A DNA stretch of 64,000 nucleotides from Candidatus Latescibacterota bacterium (GTDB lineage Bacteria > Latescibacterota > UBA2968 > UBA8231), in the NCBI GenBank assembly GCA_965219385.1, contig CBDCNM010000002.1:1482936-1546935 (forward strand), given 5' to 3'. The position numbers and the translations under genes are program-made. The notes beneath the pieces were generated by a model. That model had not been told where the DNA came from, did not search any database, and worked only from the letters and a program-made list of their open reading frames with translations. Below are positions 20,125 through 30,420 of this stretch, piece after piece. Every line of letters starts with the position of its first letter. Positions within the stretch are counted from its first letter, which is position 1.

Positions 20125-21360
20125 ATGGAACGACTGATCAGCCTCTTCGGACTTGTGGTTATGATCGCCCTGGTCTTTGCCATGAGCGCCGACCGGAGCA
20201 AGGTAGACCGCCGCCTGGTAGGGGCGGGCGTGGGACTGCAATTCCTCCTGGCCCTGCTCGTCCTCAAGACCGGGCCCGGACAGGCGCTTTTCGGCTATAT
20301 AGGCGCTTTTTTCACCGCCTTGCTCAACTATGTCGACGCCGGCTCCAGCTTTGTCTTTGGCGAGGCGTTCGGCGAGCATTTTTTCGCTTTCAAGGTCCTG
20401 CCGACCATTATCTTCTTTTCCGCCCTGATGGGCGTGCTCTACCACCTGGGCCTGGTGCAGTACGTGGTGGCGGCCTTCGCCTGGGTCATGCAGCGCACCC
20501 TGCGCACCTCGGGGGCGGAAAGCCTGGCCGCGGCGGCCAATATCTTCGTCGGCCAGACCGAGGCCCCGCTGGTGGTGCGCCCGTACGTGGCCAGCATGAC
20601 CCGGTCGGAACTGATGGCCTTGATGGTGGGCGGCTTCGCCACCATCGCCGGGGGGGTATTGGCCGCCTTCGTGGGCCTGGGGATTGACGCCGGCCACTTG
20701 GTGGCCGCCTCGGTGATTTCGGCTCCGGCGGCGCTGTTGGTGGCCAAGGTGATGCAGCCGGAAGTGGAAGTGTCCAGGACCTTGGGGAAGGTGTCGCTCG
20801 AGGTGGAGCGCACCGCCACCAATGTGGTGGAAGCCGCGGCCAACGGCACCTTGGACGGTTTGCGGCTGGCCCTGAACGTGGCCGCCATGCTCATTGCCGC
20901 GCTGGGGTTGATCGCCCTGCTGGACGGGTCGCTGGGCCTGTTGGGCCGGGTGGTGGGCTACATCCTGGGTATGGAGGGTCTGGAGTGGTCCCTGTCCGCG
21001 GCGCTGGGTTATTTATTTGCGCCCTTTGCCTGGTTGATGGGGATTGAGGCCAAGGATTGTTTGGCGGCCGGCGAGTTGTTGGGCAAGAAAATGGTGGCCA
21101 ACGAATTCGTCTCGTACGTCCAATTGAGCCAGTGGATCCAGCCCGGCTCGGGCGTGGAGCTGAGCCCGCGCTCGGTGGTTATTTTGACCTATGCCCTGTG
21201 TGGTTTTGCCAATTTCAGTAGCATCGGCATCCAGATCGGCGGCATCGGCGGCATGGCCCCGGAGCGGCGCGGCGATCTGGCGCGGCTGGGTTTTCGCGCC
21301 ATGCTGGGCGGCACCCTGGCCTGTTTCATGACCGCCTGCGTGGCCGGGATTCTAATGTAG
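20125..21360 (+). CDS. nupC: CNT-family Na+/H+-nucleoside symporter
   Basis: FAFKVLPTIIFFS, ANIFVGQTEAPL, ANEFVSY, LCGFANFSSIGIQIGG. Confidence 0.93.
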   Translation: MERLISLFGLVVMIALVFAMSADRSKVDRRLVGAGVGLQFLLALLVLKTGPGQALFGYIGAFFTALLNYVDAGSSFVFGEAFGEHFFAFKVLPTIIFFSALMGVLYHLGLVQYVVAAFAWVMQRTLRTSGAESLAAAANIFVGQTEAPLVVRPYVASMTRSELMALMVGGFATIAGGVLAAFVGLGIDAGHLVAASVISAPAALLVAKVMQPEVEVSRTLGKVSLEVERTATNVVEAAANGTLDGLRLALNVAAMLIAALGLIALLDGSLGLLGRVVGYILGMEGLEWSLSAALGYLFAPFAWLMGIEAKDCLAAGELLGKKMVANEFVSYVQLSQWIQPGSGVELSPRSVVILTYALCGFANFSSIGIQIGGIGGMAPERRGDLARLGFRAMLGGTLACFMTACVAGILM

Positions 21361-21603
21361 GCGTCGGGGCCTAGCAGCCCGTTGACGGCCGAGGGCGTCT
21401 GTGAATCGCGCCGTAGCAGCCCTGCCGGGAGCAATAGCCTTGACGACTGGGTGCATATCGCAAGGCGGCCGGTCCGGGCCGCCAGGGTGCCATTGCGCAT
21501 CGATCCAATCGGTCGCATATTGATCGGGCGTACTCATCGGAGACCTTTCGCTCACGTACAGGCCCGGCGCATCATCCGCTTCCTAGCCTTGAGGAATACC
21601 GTT

Positions 21604-22635
21604 ATGAACATCGTCGAACAAGAACAACGGATTCAGACCGTTTGTCTGCTTATTCTCAGCATCGTTGCCGTGGCTGCAGCGCTTTTTTGGCTGCGGTCGG
21701 TCATGGTTCCCTTTGTGTTTGCCGTTCTTATTGCCTTCAGCTTGATGCCGCTGATCAATCTGCAAGTACGGTATCTCCGCATACCACGGGCCTTGGCTTT
21801 ACTTGCTACATTGGCGGCAAATTTCGTGATCCTTGGTCTGCTCGGCGTGCTGATCTCAACGTCTGTCGGGCAACTGGCGACGCGGGCGGACGACTATCTA
21901 CAGCGACTCGTGCAACTTCTCGATGCCGTTGTGGCGGCGATTCCCGAACCCTTCGAGGCCGAGGTAAGGCGTGCCGTTGATTCGCTGTCGGATATTTCCC
22001 TGTCGACCGCCGGTACCATTCTGGTCACTGTGACGAACGAGCTTCTGAGCTTGCTCTCAAGTGGTCTGCTGGTGATGATCTTTGTTTCCTTCATGCTGGT
22101 CGGCGGTTCGGGATTCGAGTTGAAGCGGAATCAATTCTGGGGCGAAGTGCAGTCCCGAATCCAGCGCTATATCATCGTCAAAGTGCTCGTTTCCGCCCTG
22201 ACCGGAGTACTCGTCGGACTCATCCTGGCGCTACTCGGAATCGATCTCGCGCTGGTCTTTGGTGTATTCGCGTTTTTGCTGAACTTCATTCCGAGCATCG
22301 GGTCAATCATCGCCACCTTCCTACCCCTCCCTTTCGTGCTCGTGAGCCCGGATCTCTCCATGACGACCTGTGTGCTGGCCTTCCTGTTGCCAATGATGGT
22401 GCAGTTCATCGTCGGCAACATCATCGATCCGAAAATGATGGGAAAAACACTCGATCTGCATCCCGTTACGCTCCTGCTGGCCTTGATTGTCTGGGGGACG
22501 ATCTGGGGCGTCGTCGGGATGCTTCTGGCCGCGCCGATAACCGCGATTCTCAAGATTATCTTTGAACGTATGGAGGTCACCGCACCGCTTGCGGAGCTGC
22601 TTGCAGGACGGCTCGCTACCGAGCAATCGGACTGA
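21604..22635 (+). CDS. AI-2E family transporter
   Basis: FLLNFIPSIGS, DPKMMGKTLDLHP, WGVVGMLLAAP. Confidence 0.9.
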   Translation: MNIVEQEQRIQTVCLLILSIVAVAAALFWLRSVMVPFVFAVLIAFSLMPLINLQVRYLRIPRALALLATLAANFVILGLLGVLISTSVGQLATRADDYLQRLVQLLDAVVAAIPEPFEAEVRRAVDSLSDISLSTAGTILVTVTNELLSLLSSGLLVMIFVSFMLVGGSGFELKRNQFWGEVQSRIQRYIIVKVLVSALTGVLVGLILALLGIDLALVFGVFAFLLNFIPSIGSIIATFLPLPFVLVSPDLSMTTCVLAFLLPMMVQFIVGNIIDPKMMGKTLDLHPVTLLLALIVWGTIWGVVGMLLAAPITAILKIIFERMEVTAPLAELLAGRLATEQSD

Positions 22636-22677
22636 AGACAGGCCGCGGGGGCGGTACCGGAGCAACCGTTGCAAGGT

Positions 22678-23439
22678 TCAATCACATACTACACCATCCC
22701 CATCGCCGTCACTCATATAGGGATATGCCGGATGGCCATATCTCGCGGGTGCAATGCCATGACGACGTGCTTCGGCACAGGTGATTCTACCGTTTCCGTT
22801 ATCGTCGTATTGGCGCAGTGCGTCGTCGCCAAGCTCTGAACGTCTTTCTCGAAGGCCGACTCGATTTGCTTCCCGTGGAAAATTCGCGGGAAATTGAGTG
22901 AGTCCGCGTTGTCCGAACTCGCACTCTGCTAAAACGCGCTCTAAGGCGGCCGCCTCGCGTCGATCAATGGTTAATCCATACTTTTGCCGCACCATGATGA
23001 CGCGCCACGCGAACCAGCAACGATTGTATTCGGGCAGCCAGTCGGCAGCGTCCTTGGCGTGCTTCTGCCAGCGATTCAGGGCGGGCCTCGCCAGGGTCAG
23101 GTTGAGCATATCGGCGGCGAATTGCTCGCGCGTCGCCCTGTTCCTGCTGCACATTCCCGAATCGTGCGCCTCGCTCAGGGAGACGATATGCTCGATGTCG
23201 CTTTCTTTGAGACTGTTGAAACGAATCAGATCATAGGGAGACCACCAACCACCCAGCTGCAGCGCAATATGTCTCTCGACGCTTTGGGGGTAGCGGTAAT
23301 CAGAGCGATCATAGGGACTGCAACGACGCTCGGGCTCGACAGATAATCCGCGCCAGGTTTTCGCAGCATCCTGTTCCGCACCGGTGCAAGCAGCCAAGTC
23401 GACGACGGCCAAAGCGACAATAAAATAGCCTTTAAGCAT
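22678..23439 (-). CDS. Secreted/lipoprotein HNH-like (DUF1524) nuclease with Excalibur Ca-binding domain
   Basis: LAAC lipobox-like signal; DIEHIVSLSEAHDSG, NLTLA..LNRWQK..KDAADWLP; C-terminal ITCAEAR..DGDGDGVVCD. Confidence 0.75.
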   Translation of the reverse strand: MLKGYFIVALAVVDLAACTGAEQDAAKTWRGLSVEPERRCSPYDRSDYRYPQSVERHIALQLGGWWSPYDLIRFNSLKESDIEHIVSLSEAHDSGMCSRNRATREQFAADMLNLTLARPALNRWQKHAKDAADWLPEYNRCWFAWRVIMVRQKYGLTIDRREAAALERVLAECEFGQRGLTQFPANFPREANRVGLRERRSELGDDALRQYDDNGNGRITCAEARRHGIAPARYGHPAYPYMSDGDGDGVVCD

Positions 23440-23441
23440 GA

Positions 23442-24194
23442 CTATTCTCGTTGGAATCGACGGGCCTCGCATGCTTCGGCTCGTTCGGCGCGGTGCCGGG
23501 CGACCAGTTCCGCCATGCTTTTGAAACGGAAGTCGGGTACCACCGCCTTCTGCGGCGGTGCCGTCGCGCCGCCGCCGCGACCCGCGCGCCGGTCGATCCA
23601 TGCCGTCGTCAGTCCGATCACCTTTGCCGGCACGTGGTCGTGGAAAAGGCTCTGCGCCACGTGCAGGATACTCCGGGGGGGGCCGCCGAAGTCCGCTGCC
23701 ACCCGTGCGAGGAGGAATTCAAAGTTGTCCGGCGATGGTTTGTAGGAGCCGATCTCCTCGGCGGTAAAGACCGCGTCCCAGGGCTCGCCGAGGCGGGCTG
23801 AGCTGCCCCGGTAGCTGGCGCGGTCGCAATTGGTGAGGGTGACCAGCCGGTGGTGGCGTTTCAAATAGGCGAGCGCCTCGGCCGCGTCAGCGAAGGCCGG
23901 CCAGTCCCCGACCGACTGGCCGAAGCGGACGCTTTCGGCACCGTCGGGTTCGCTGCCCCAGTTCCGGGCCAAGGTGCGGTGGGTTGCCGCCAGGAGGTCG
24001 GCGTAGAGAAGGTCAGGGATTGCCGCCTGGCCGGCGGATTCCGCCCGCGCAAATGCCGCCAGGGCCGCCTCGCGGGCCGGCGGGTCGGCCAGACGCGAGC
24101 AGAGCGGTTGCAGCGCAGCCCAGATTCCCGTCTCCCAGTCAATCAGGGTTCCGTAGGTGTCGAAGGTAAGTATCGGAAAGTCGCAGAGGCGCAT
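23442..24194 (-). CDS. Haloacid dehalogenase type II (HAD)
   Basis: TFDTYGTLIDWE, SYKPS, LHVAQSLFHDH. Confidence 0.9.
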   Translation of the reverse strand: MRLCDFPILTFDTYGTLIDWETGIWAALQPLCSRLADPPAREAALAAFARAESAGQAAIPDLLYADLLAATHRTLARNWGSEPDGAESVRFGQSVGDWPAFADAAEALAYLKRHHRLVTLTNCDRASYRGSSARLGEPWDAVFTAEEIGSYKPSPDNFEFLLARVAADFGGPPRSILHVAQSLFHDHVPAKVIGLTTAWIDRRAGRGGGATAPPQKAVVPDFRFKSMAELVARHRAERAEACEARRFQRE

Positions 24195-24340
24195 GGGCGT
24201 TCTCGCAGGGCCGTGGCGCTGGGAGTGGTTTCAGTGCCCTGGGAAGCGGGACATGGGGTCAAACAGTATGCCAAAGTTCTGCCTGTCTGGCAAGAGGTTA
24301 CGGGAACATTTCTCGTAACCCAATGGCCCTGTCAGCCACT

Positions 24341-24511
24341 CTATGGGGAAAAGTCCATCAGTAAATCCGCTGGAATGCCCAAATGTGCTCTCAATGCGCC
24401 AATCTGCCGAATAGTGAGCGGGCGGATTCCGTTAAAAAATTCCGCTGTTCGGCTTCTACTGCCCAGCCACTTCGCCAGACCGGCGCGGGAAAGCCCCTTC
24501 TGCTCCAGCAT
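24341..24511 (-). pseudogene. HigA-like antitoxin HTH remnant (56 aa, absent from the ORF track)
   Basis: Hand translation MLEQKGLSRAGLAKWLGSRSRTAEFFNGIRPLTIRQIGALRAHLGIPADLL; no N-terminal half or toxin partner. Confidence 0.6.
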
Positions 24512-24537
24512 AAAATCACACCACTGGGAGGTTCACC

Positions 24538-25413
24538 ATGAACAACGAAACAGGTTTCTTTTTGAATCTGGATCAGGGCTCGATGACCAATGAGCAAGTC
24601 GTAGACATGCTGGCGCGGACCGGCTACCAGTGCATCGAATACTCCGTCCGCCACCTGAATCCACAGGAAATGTCCCGCGCCCAGATGCAGGACCTGGTGC
24701 GCCTGACCCGGGCCGGCGGCCTGAGAATTTCAGAGTGGGTAGTGCAGCGTGAATTCGTCCACTTCGACGAAGCCGTGCGCGCCAGGGAGATCCAGCTCAC
24801 CGAGGATTGCCTGCGCGCTGCCGGCGATCTGGGGATCGGCATCATCAACAGCTTCACCGGCCCGGCGCCCTTCATGGGCATCGGCTCCCCCACCCTGCAC
24901 CAGGAGATCGACGAGGGCACGGCCTGGGGCATGGTCTGCGATGCCTGCGACCGCATCATTCCCGTGGCCGAGGAGGCCGGCGTCAGGATCGCCGTAGAGG
25001 CGGTCTACGGCATGGTCTGCCGCGAGTACTACACCCTGGCCGAACTCATGCGGCGCTACGACTCGGACCACTTTGGCGTCAACTACGATCCCTCCCACAT
25101 GGCCCTGCACTACAACGCGGTGTCCTGGACCGTGCACCAGCTGGCGGAGCGGATCTTTCACTGTCACGTCAAGGATGTGGCCGGAGTGCCCGGCAAGGTG
25201 CTGGGGGACACCTTTGTCTTCCCCTTCCTCGGTGAGGGCCGCGTGGACTGGCCCGGCTTTTTCACGGCCATGAAGGAGATCGGCTACCAGGGTTGTCTCA
25301 GCGTGGAATTCGAGGCCTTCGACTACTTCGATACCACCCTGCGGAAGGACCTGGGCAGGGCGGCCGAGTTGTTCTATCGCGACTTTCGGAGCTTGCAGGA
25401 GCAGTACGGCTGA
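24538..25413 (+). CDS. Sugar phosphate isomerase/epimerase (xylose isomerase-like TIM barrel)
   Basis: IAVEA, NYDPSH, HCHVKD, GEGRVDW, SVEFE metal ligands. Confidence 0.9.
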   Translation: MNNETGFFLNLDQGSMTNEQVVDMLARTGYQCIEYSVRHLNPQEMSRAQMQDLVRLTRAGGLRISEWVVQREFVHFDEAVRAREIQLTEDCLRAAGDLGIGIINSFTGPAPFMGIGSPTLHQEIDEGTAWGMVCDACDRIIPVAEEAGVRIAVEAVYGMVCREYYTLAELMRRYDSDHFGVNYDPSHMALHYNAVSWTVHQLAERIFHCHVKDVAGVPGKVLGDTFVFPFLGEGRVDWPGFFTAMKEIGYQGCLSVEFEAFDYFDTTLRKDLGRAAELFYRDFRSLQEQYG

Positions 25414-25476
25414 AGCATAAGACAAAGCCCGTGATGCAAAGGGCGCTTCTGGGCAAGCAAATCCTACGGCCCCGAT

Positions 25477-26256
25477 CTAGTCGAGCCCATGGACCTCGTC
25501 GGCCACGGCCTGGGCCGTTTCGAAGAAGTAATCCAGGTCTCCGCCGAGACTGAAAAAGTGGACCCCTTTGGGACGCCACTTGCCGACAACTTCCAGGTCG
25601 TAGCCAACGGAGACGCCGACAAAAAGATCGGTCTGGCACGCCTTGGCAAACACGGTTTCGATGGCCTCCGCCACTTCCGGATCCGAATACTGGCCGAGCT
25701 TGCCCATGGAGCCCGAAAGATCGTTGCGTCCCAGGACAATCCCGTCCAGACCCGGCGTGGCAAGGATGGCATCCAGGTTGTCGACCGCGTCGATGTGCTC
25801 GATCTGGACGAAGACCAGGATTTGCTCATCGGCCACTTCGAGGTACTCCTCCATGGATTCGATGCCGTACATATTGCGCATGGGGCCGAAGCCGCGGACT
25901 CCCTTGGGCGGGTACTGGCAGGCCTGCACCGCCTTGAGGGCTTCCTCGGCGCTGCGGATCATGGGCACGACAATGGCAGCCGGAGCCATGTCCACGATGG
26001 GTTTGATCAGGACCGGGTCGTTCCAGGCGACGCGCACCATGGCCGCGGCCTGGGTGCCGCGCAGGGCTATGATGTGGTTCAAAAGCGCGGGTAGGTTGAG
26101 GTGGGAGTGCTCCATTTCGATCCAGACGAAGTCGTTGCCGGCTTCCGCGGCCACCTCGGCCACCAGGGGATCGGTGAGCTGCACGGAGGTGCCTATGCAG
26201 ATTTTGCCGTCGAGCATGCGCTGTCTGAACCGGTCTACGTTGTTGTGAAAATTCAT
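25477..26256 (-). CDS. HpcH/HpaI aldolase family
   Basis: WIEMEHS, YPPKGVRGFG, VQIEH, GRNDLS. Confidence 0.92.
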   Translation of the reverse strand: MNFHNNVDRFRQRMLDGKICIGTSVQLTDPLVAEVAAEAGNDFVWIEMEHSHLNLPALLNHIIALRGTQAAAMVRVAWNDPVLIKPIVDMAPAAIVVPMIRSAEEALKAVQACQYPPKGVRGFGPMRNMYGIESMEEYLEVADEQILVFVQIEHIDAVDNLDAILATPGLDGIVLGRNDLSGSMGKLGQYSDPEVAEAIETVFAKACQTDLFVGVSVGYDLEVVGKWRPKGVHFFSLGGDLDYFFETAQAVADEVHGLD

Positions 26257-26690
26257 GGGGAATGTGCTCCTTCATATGGGTGTTGGTAAACGCGAAGTTT
26301 TGCATGGATTTTCATGTCCACCTTCAGGTTTCAAGTTTGGTTTTTCTCCACAGTGGATAAATGAAGCGCCGCAAAAGCCCCCGGGGAAATCGCTCCATAT
26401 CCTCAAAGCCGAGCTGGTCAGGCTGGCCCTCGCACGGCATGTACGCGGAATCGACAGAATGCCCAACAAAAGGCTGTTCTGAGAAATATAGGGCACCTCG
26501 TAGCCATAACAAAGTAAGAAGACAGAAGTTTTGAGGTAGGTGCCGCTGGGAACCTCCCTGCCCCCTTCGTATCGGGCGTCCCACACCGCGGTCTGCGCCC
26601 CTTCTTCCTCAGCTCGTAGCATGGAATTTGCTCTGACCGTTCCGACGTCGTACCTTCCGATAAGAAAAAAACCATCGGGAGGAAACAAGT

Positions 26691-27860
26691 ATGCGGAGCG
26701 TGTTCAAAGCCCTCGCCGCAATCCTGCTGGCAGCCTTCACCAGCAGCACCGCCCGGGAAACCGAGCCGATCAAAATCGGCGTGCTCTACCCTCTGACCGG
26801 CAGCGGTGGGGTACTGGGGGTGCCGACCATGCTGGGCCACGACATGGCCGTGGAAGAAATCAACGCCAGGGGTGGCATCAACGGCCGCCCGGTCGTCTCG
26901 ATTGCCCGCGACTCCAAGCTGAAACCGGCCGTTATCGCAGCCGCGGCCAGAGAGTTGATCACCAAGGAAGAGGTGGACATCCTGATAGGCGGGCTCAGCT
27001 CGGCCGAGGGCCTGTCCCTTTCCGAGGTGGCGCGCCAGGAAAAGGTGGTCTACATCGCCACCATCCCCAAGACCGTGCAGATGACCAACGAGAAGTTCCA
27101 CAACTACATGTTCCGCACCGCGGCCAACACCGACATAGAGAGCCGGGGCATCGCCCGGACCATCGGCCAGCTGGGGATCAAAAAAATCTGCCAGATCCAG
27201 TTCGACTACGCCTACGGCCACGACCTGAGCGCCGGCTTTATCAAGGCCCTGCCCCAGGAGGCGCCCGGGGCCGAAGTCGTGCTGGACCTCAAGGTCAAGC
27301 TGGGCACCGCCGACTTCAACCCCTACATCGCCCAGATCATGGCCTCAGAGTGCGACGGCGTGGCCAGCGGCCTGTGGGGTGCGGCCTTCATCAACGTGGC
27401 GCAGCAGGGCAAGCCCTTTGGTCTGTTCGACAAGGTCAAGTACGTCTCCGGCGGGGAGATCGCCGCGCACGAGATCGCCGTCAAGCTGAAGGGCGACTAC
27501 CCGGACAATGTGTGGAGCAACTCCTACGAGCTGTGGTACCACCACCACTCGCCGCAACACAAACCCTTCCAGGAGAAGCTGGCCCAGCGCCAGGGCACCC
27601 GGGAAACCTCCAGCTGGCCGGCCCTGGGGTACATCGGGGTCCAGTTCTTCGCGGCCGCGGCCACCAAGGCCGGGTCGGTGGAGGCCGCGGCCCTGATCGC
27701 GGCCCTTGAGGGCCTCACCATTGAAACCCCGGTGGGCTCCCGCACCATCGATCCCCAAACCCACCAGGCCAATACCGGCCAGTTCTGGGGGCCGATGAAA
27801 AAGTCGGATCAATACGAGTTTCGCATCATGGATCCGGTCACCTACATCCCGGGCGAGTAG
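26691..27860 (+). CDS. Branched-chain-amino-acid-type ABC substrate-binding protein
   Basis: IKIGVLYPLTG, AVEEINARGGING; signal peptide. Confidence 0.92.
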   Translation: MRSVFKALAAILLAAFTSSTARETEPIKIGVLYPLTGSGGVLGVPTMLGHDMAVEEINARGGINGRPVVSIARDSKLKPAVIAAAARELITKEEVDILIGGLSSAEGLSLSEVARQEKVVYIATIPKTVQMTNEKFHNYMFRTAANTDIESRGIARTIGQLGIKKICQIQFDYAYGHDLSAGFIKALPQEAPGAEVVLDLKVKLGTADFNPYIAQIMASECDGVASGLWGAAFINVAQQGKPFGLFDKVKYVSGGEIAAHEIAVKLKGDYPDNVWSNSYELWYHHHSPQHKPFQEKLAQRQGTRETSSWPALGYIGVQFFAAAATKAGSVEAAALIAALEGLTIETPVGSRTIDPQTHQANTGQFWGPMKKSDQYEFRIMDPVTYIPGE

Positions 27861-28745
27861 ATGCTGGGCAATCCCACCTTCCTGTTCATCCAGACCCTGA
27901 ATTCCATCTCGCTGGGGATGAATCTGTTTATCATCGCCGCGGGTCTGACCCTGATCTTCGGGGTTTTGCGGGTGATCAATTTCGCCCACGGAGCCTTCTT
28001 CATGATCGGGGCCTATGTGTGCCTTTCCGTGGTCGAGTGGTCCGGCAATTTCTGGCTGGGCGTGGCCGGGGCCGGACTGGTCCTGGGGGCCCTGGCCTGG
28101 GGGGTCGAGCGGCTCTTGCTGCGGCACCTCTACGACCGGGATCACCTGGTGCAGCTGCTGTTCACCTTTGCCCTGGTGCTGATCCTGGGGGATGTCGCCA
28201 AGATGGTGTGGGGCACGGACCAGCACAGCGTGTCCTATCCGGCCGGTCTGAACGGGGCCGCGGATCTGGGGCTGGCCAACTATCCCCGCTACCTGCTGTT
28301 TTTGTGCGGTCTGGGACCGCTGGTGGCCCTGGGGTTGTGGCTTTTGATCGAGCGGACCCGCTGGGGCCGGATCATCCGGGCAGCCACCCAGGACCGCGAA
28401 ATGCTCGCTGCTCTGGGCGTAAACGTGCCCCTGGTCTACACCGGGGTCTTTGCTGCGGGTGCGGCCCTGGCCGGCATGGGCGGGGCCCTGGCCGCGCCGC
28501 GGGTGGCTCTAACCCCGGGCATGGACGCCACCCTCATTGTCGAGTGCTTCATCATCGTCATCATCGGCGGCCTGGGCAGTTTGTGGGGCAGTTTCCTGGG
28601 GGCCTTGATCCTGGCTTTCGTGACCGTGTTCGGTGCGGTCCTCTTCCCGGATCTGCAGATCGTCCTGACCTACGTGCTCATGGTGGTGGTCCTGCTGTGG
28701 CGGCCCTGGGGCCTGTGCGGCCGGCCCGAAACCGAGGGGGCGTGA
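27861..28745 (+). CDS. livH: ABC permease (LivH-like)
   Basis: GLTLIFGVLRVINFAHG, IIGGLGS. Confidence 0.9.
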   Translation: MLGNPTFLFIQTLNSISLGMNLFIIAAGLTLIFGVLRVINFAHGAFFMIGAYVCLSVVEWSGNFWLGVAGAGLVLGALAWGVERLLLRHLYDRDHLVQLLFTFALVLILGDVAKMVWGTDQHSVSYPAGLNGAADLGLANYPRYLLFLCGLGPLVALGLWLLIERTRWGRIIRAATQDREMLAALGVNVPLVYTGVFAAGAALAGMGGALAAPRVALTPGMDATLIVECFIIVIIGGLGSLWGSFLGALILAFVTVFGAVLFPDLQIVLTYVLMVVVLLWRPWGLCGRPETEGA

Positions 28746-28746
28746 T

Positions 28747-29676
28747 GTGAGGCGGAGAAGCCTCCTGGTCCTGGCAACGGTTCTGGGCGCCCTGCTGCTG
28801 GCGCCCTTGCTGGGTTCGCGCTACCTGATCGACCTGTCGACCGAGGTTCTGATCTACGCCCTTTTCGCCCTGAGCCTCAACGTCCTGGTCGGCTATGCCG
28901 GCAATGTGTCCTTTGGCCACGCCGCCTACTTCGCCATCGGCGGGTACGGTTGCGCCATCCTCCTGACCACCTACCAGTGGCCGCTGATCCTGAGCTTTCC
29001 CGCCGCGGCGCTGCTCAGCGCTGGGGCCGCCCTCCTGATCGGGTTTTTCTGCGTGCGCCTGACGGCTATCTACTTTGCCATGCTGACCCTGGCCTTTGCC
29101 ATGCTGGTGTGGTCGGTGGCCTTCAAGTGGCGCGCCCTTACCGGCGGCGACGATGGTTTTGTGGGCGTGGCCGTGCCCCAATTCCTCGAAGACCGCACCG
29201 CCTTCTTCTATTTTGCCCTGGTTGTGGTCGCCCTCTCGGTGGCCGCGCTGTGGCTGATCTGCCATTCGGCCTTTGGCCGCACCCTGCAAACGGTGCGCGA
29301 AAATCCCATGCGCGCCGGTTTCGTCGGGGTGGACACCCGGCGGATGCGGCTTGTGGCCTTTGTGATCGCCGGTGGTTTTGCCGGGGTGGCCGGGGCCCTC
29401 TTCGCCCTGTACAACCGGGGCATGTACACCGAGTCGGCGTTCTGGACCGAATCGGCCCAGGTCCTGATCATGACCCTGCTGGGCGGCATCTACTCCTTTT
29501 TCGGGCCGGCCCTGGGTGCGGCGGTGCTCTACCTGCTGGACGTCACCATCAGCCAGTACACCCAGTACTGGCCGGTGGTCCTGGGCGCGATCCTGCTGGC
29601 GATCCTGTTGTTTCTGCCCGAGGGCCTGATCGGGCTTTCGAGCCGGGTGGGCTCGCGCCGGAAAGGGAGGGCCTAG
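28747..29676 (+). CDS. livM: ABC permease (LivM-like)
   Basis: GYAGNVSFGHAAYFAIG, YFAMLTLAF, TGGDDG. Confidence 0.9.
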   Translation: MRRRSLLVLATVLGALLLAPLLGSRYLIDLSTEVLIYALFALSLNVLVGYAGNVSFGHAAYFAIGGYGCAILLTTYQWPLILSFPAAALLSAGAALLIGFFCVRLTAIYFAMLTLAFAMLVWSVAFKWRALTGGDDGFVGVAVPQFLEDRTAFFYFALVVVALSVAALWLICHSAFGRTLQTVRENPMRAGFVGVDTRRMRLVAFVIAGGFAGVAGALFALYNRGMYTESAFWTESAQVLIMTLLGGIYSFFGPALGAAVLYLLDVTISQYTQYWPVVLGAILLAILLFLPEGLIGLSSRVGSRRKGRA

Positions 29677-30420
29677 ATGCTGTGCATCCACGACCTGAGC
29701 AAGAGCTTCGAGGGATTCGCGGTCCTGCGCCAGGTCTCGTTTGCCCTCGAGGCCGGCCGGATCCACGCCATCATCGGTCCCAATGGGGCGGGCAAGACCA
29801 CCTTTTTCAACCTCATCACCGGGCACTTGCAACCAGATGGCGGCCGGGTGGAGTTCGAGGGCCGTTCCATTGCCGGCATGGCGCCGCACCGGATCGTGCG
29901 GCTGGGGCTGGCGCGCTCGTTTCAGCGCATCAACATCTTCCCGCGTTTGAGGGTGGCCGCCAATGTCCAGGTAGCGCTGATCGCGCACCAGCGGCAGCAC
30001 TTCAAATTTTTCCTCCCCGGGGAAAGCCTGCAACTGGAGGAGACCGAGGATTTGCTGGACATGGTCGGGCTCGCGGGCGAGGCCGGGAAGGTGGCCGGCG
30101 AGCTGGCCTACGGCAAGCAGAAACAGCTGGAGCTGGCCATTGCCCTGGCCTCGCATCCCCGCTTGCTGCTGCTGGACGAGCCCACCGCGGGCATGTCCCC
30201 GCAGGAGACGGCAACGGCGATCGAACTGGTGCAACGCATTATCGAGAAGCGCGGCCTGACCTTGCTGTTTACCGAACACGACATGAGCGTGGTCTTCGGC
30301 ATGGCCGAACGGATCTCGGTGCTGCATCACGGCCAGATCATGGCCTCCGGTACCCCATCCGAGGTCAGGCGGGATCCGGAGGTCAGGCGGGTTTACTTGG
30401 GAGAGGCCGACCATGCTTGA
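29677..30420 (+). CDS. livG: ABC ATP-binding protein (LivG-like)
   Basis: GPNGAGKTT, LLLDEP, EHDM, VYLG. Confidence 0.92.
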   Translation: MLCIHDLSKSFEGFAVLRQVSFALEAGRIHAIIGPNGAGKTTFFNLITGHLQPDGGRVEFEGRSIAGMAPHRIVRLGLARSFQRINIFPRLRVAANVQVALIAHQRQHFKFFLPGESLQLEETEDLLDMVGLAGEAGKVAGELAYGKQKQLELAIALASHPRLLLLDEPTAGMSPQETATAIELVQRIIEKRGLTLLFTEHDMSVVFGMAERISVLHHGQIMASGTPSEVRRDPEVRRVYLGEADHA

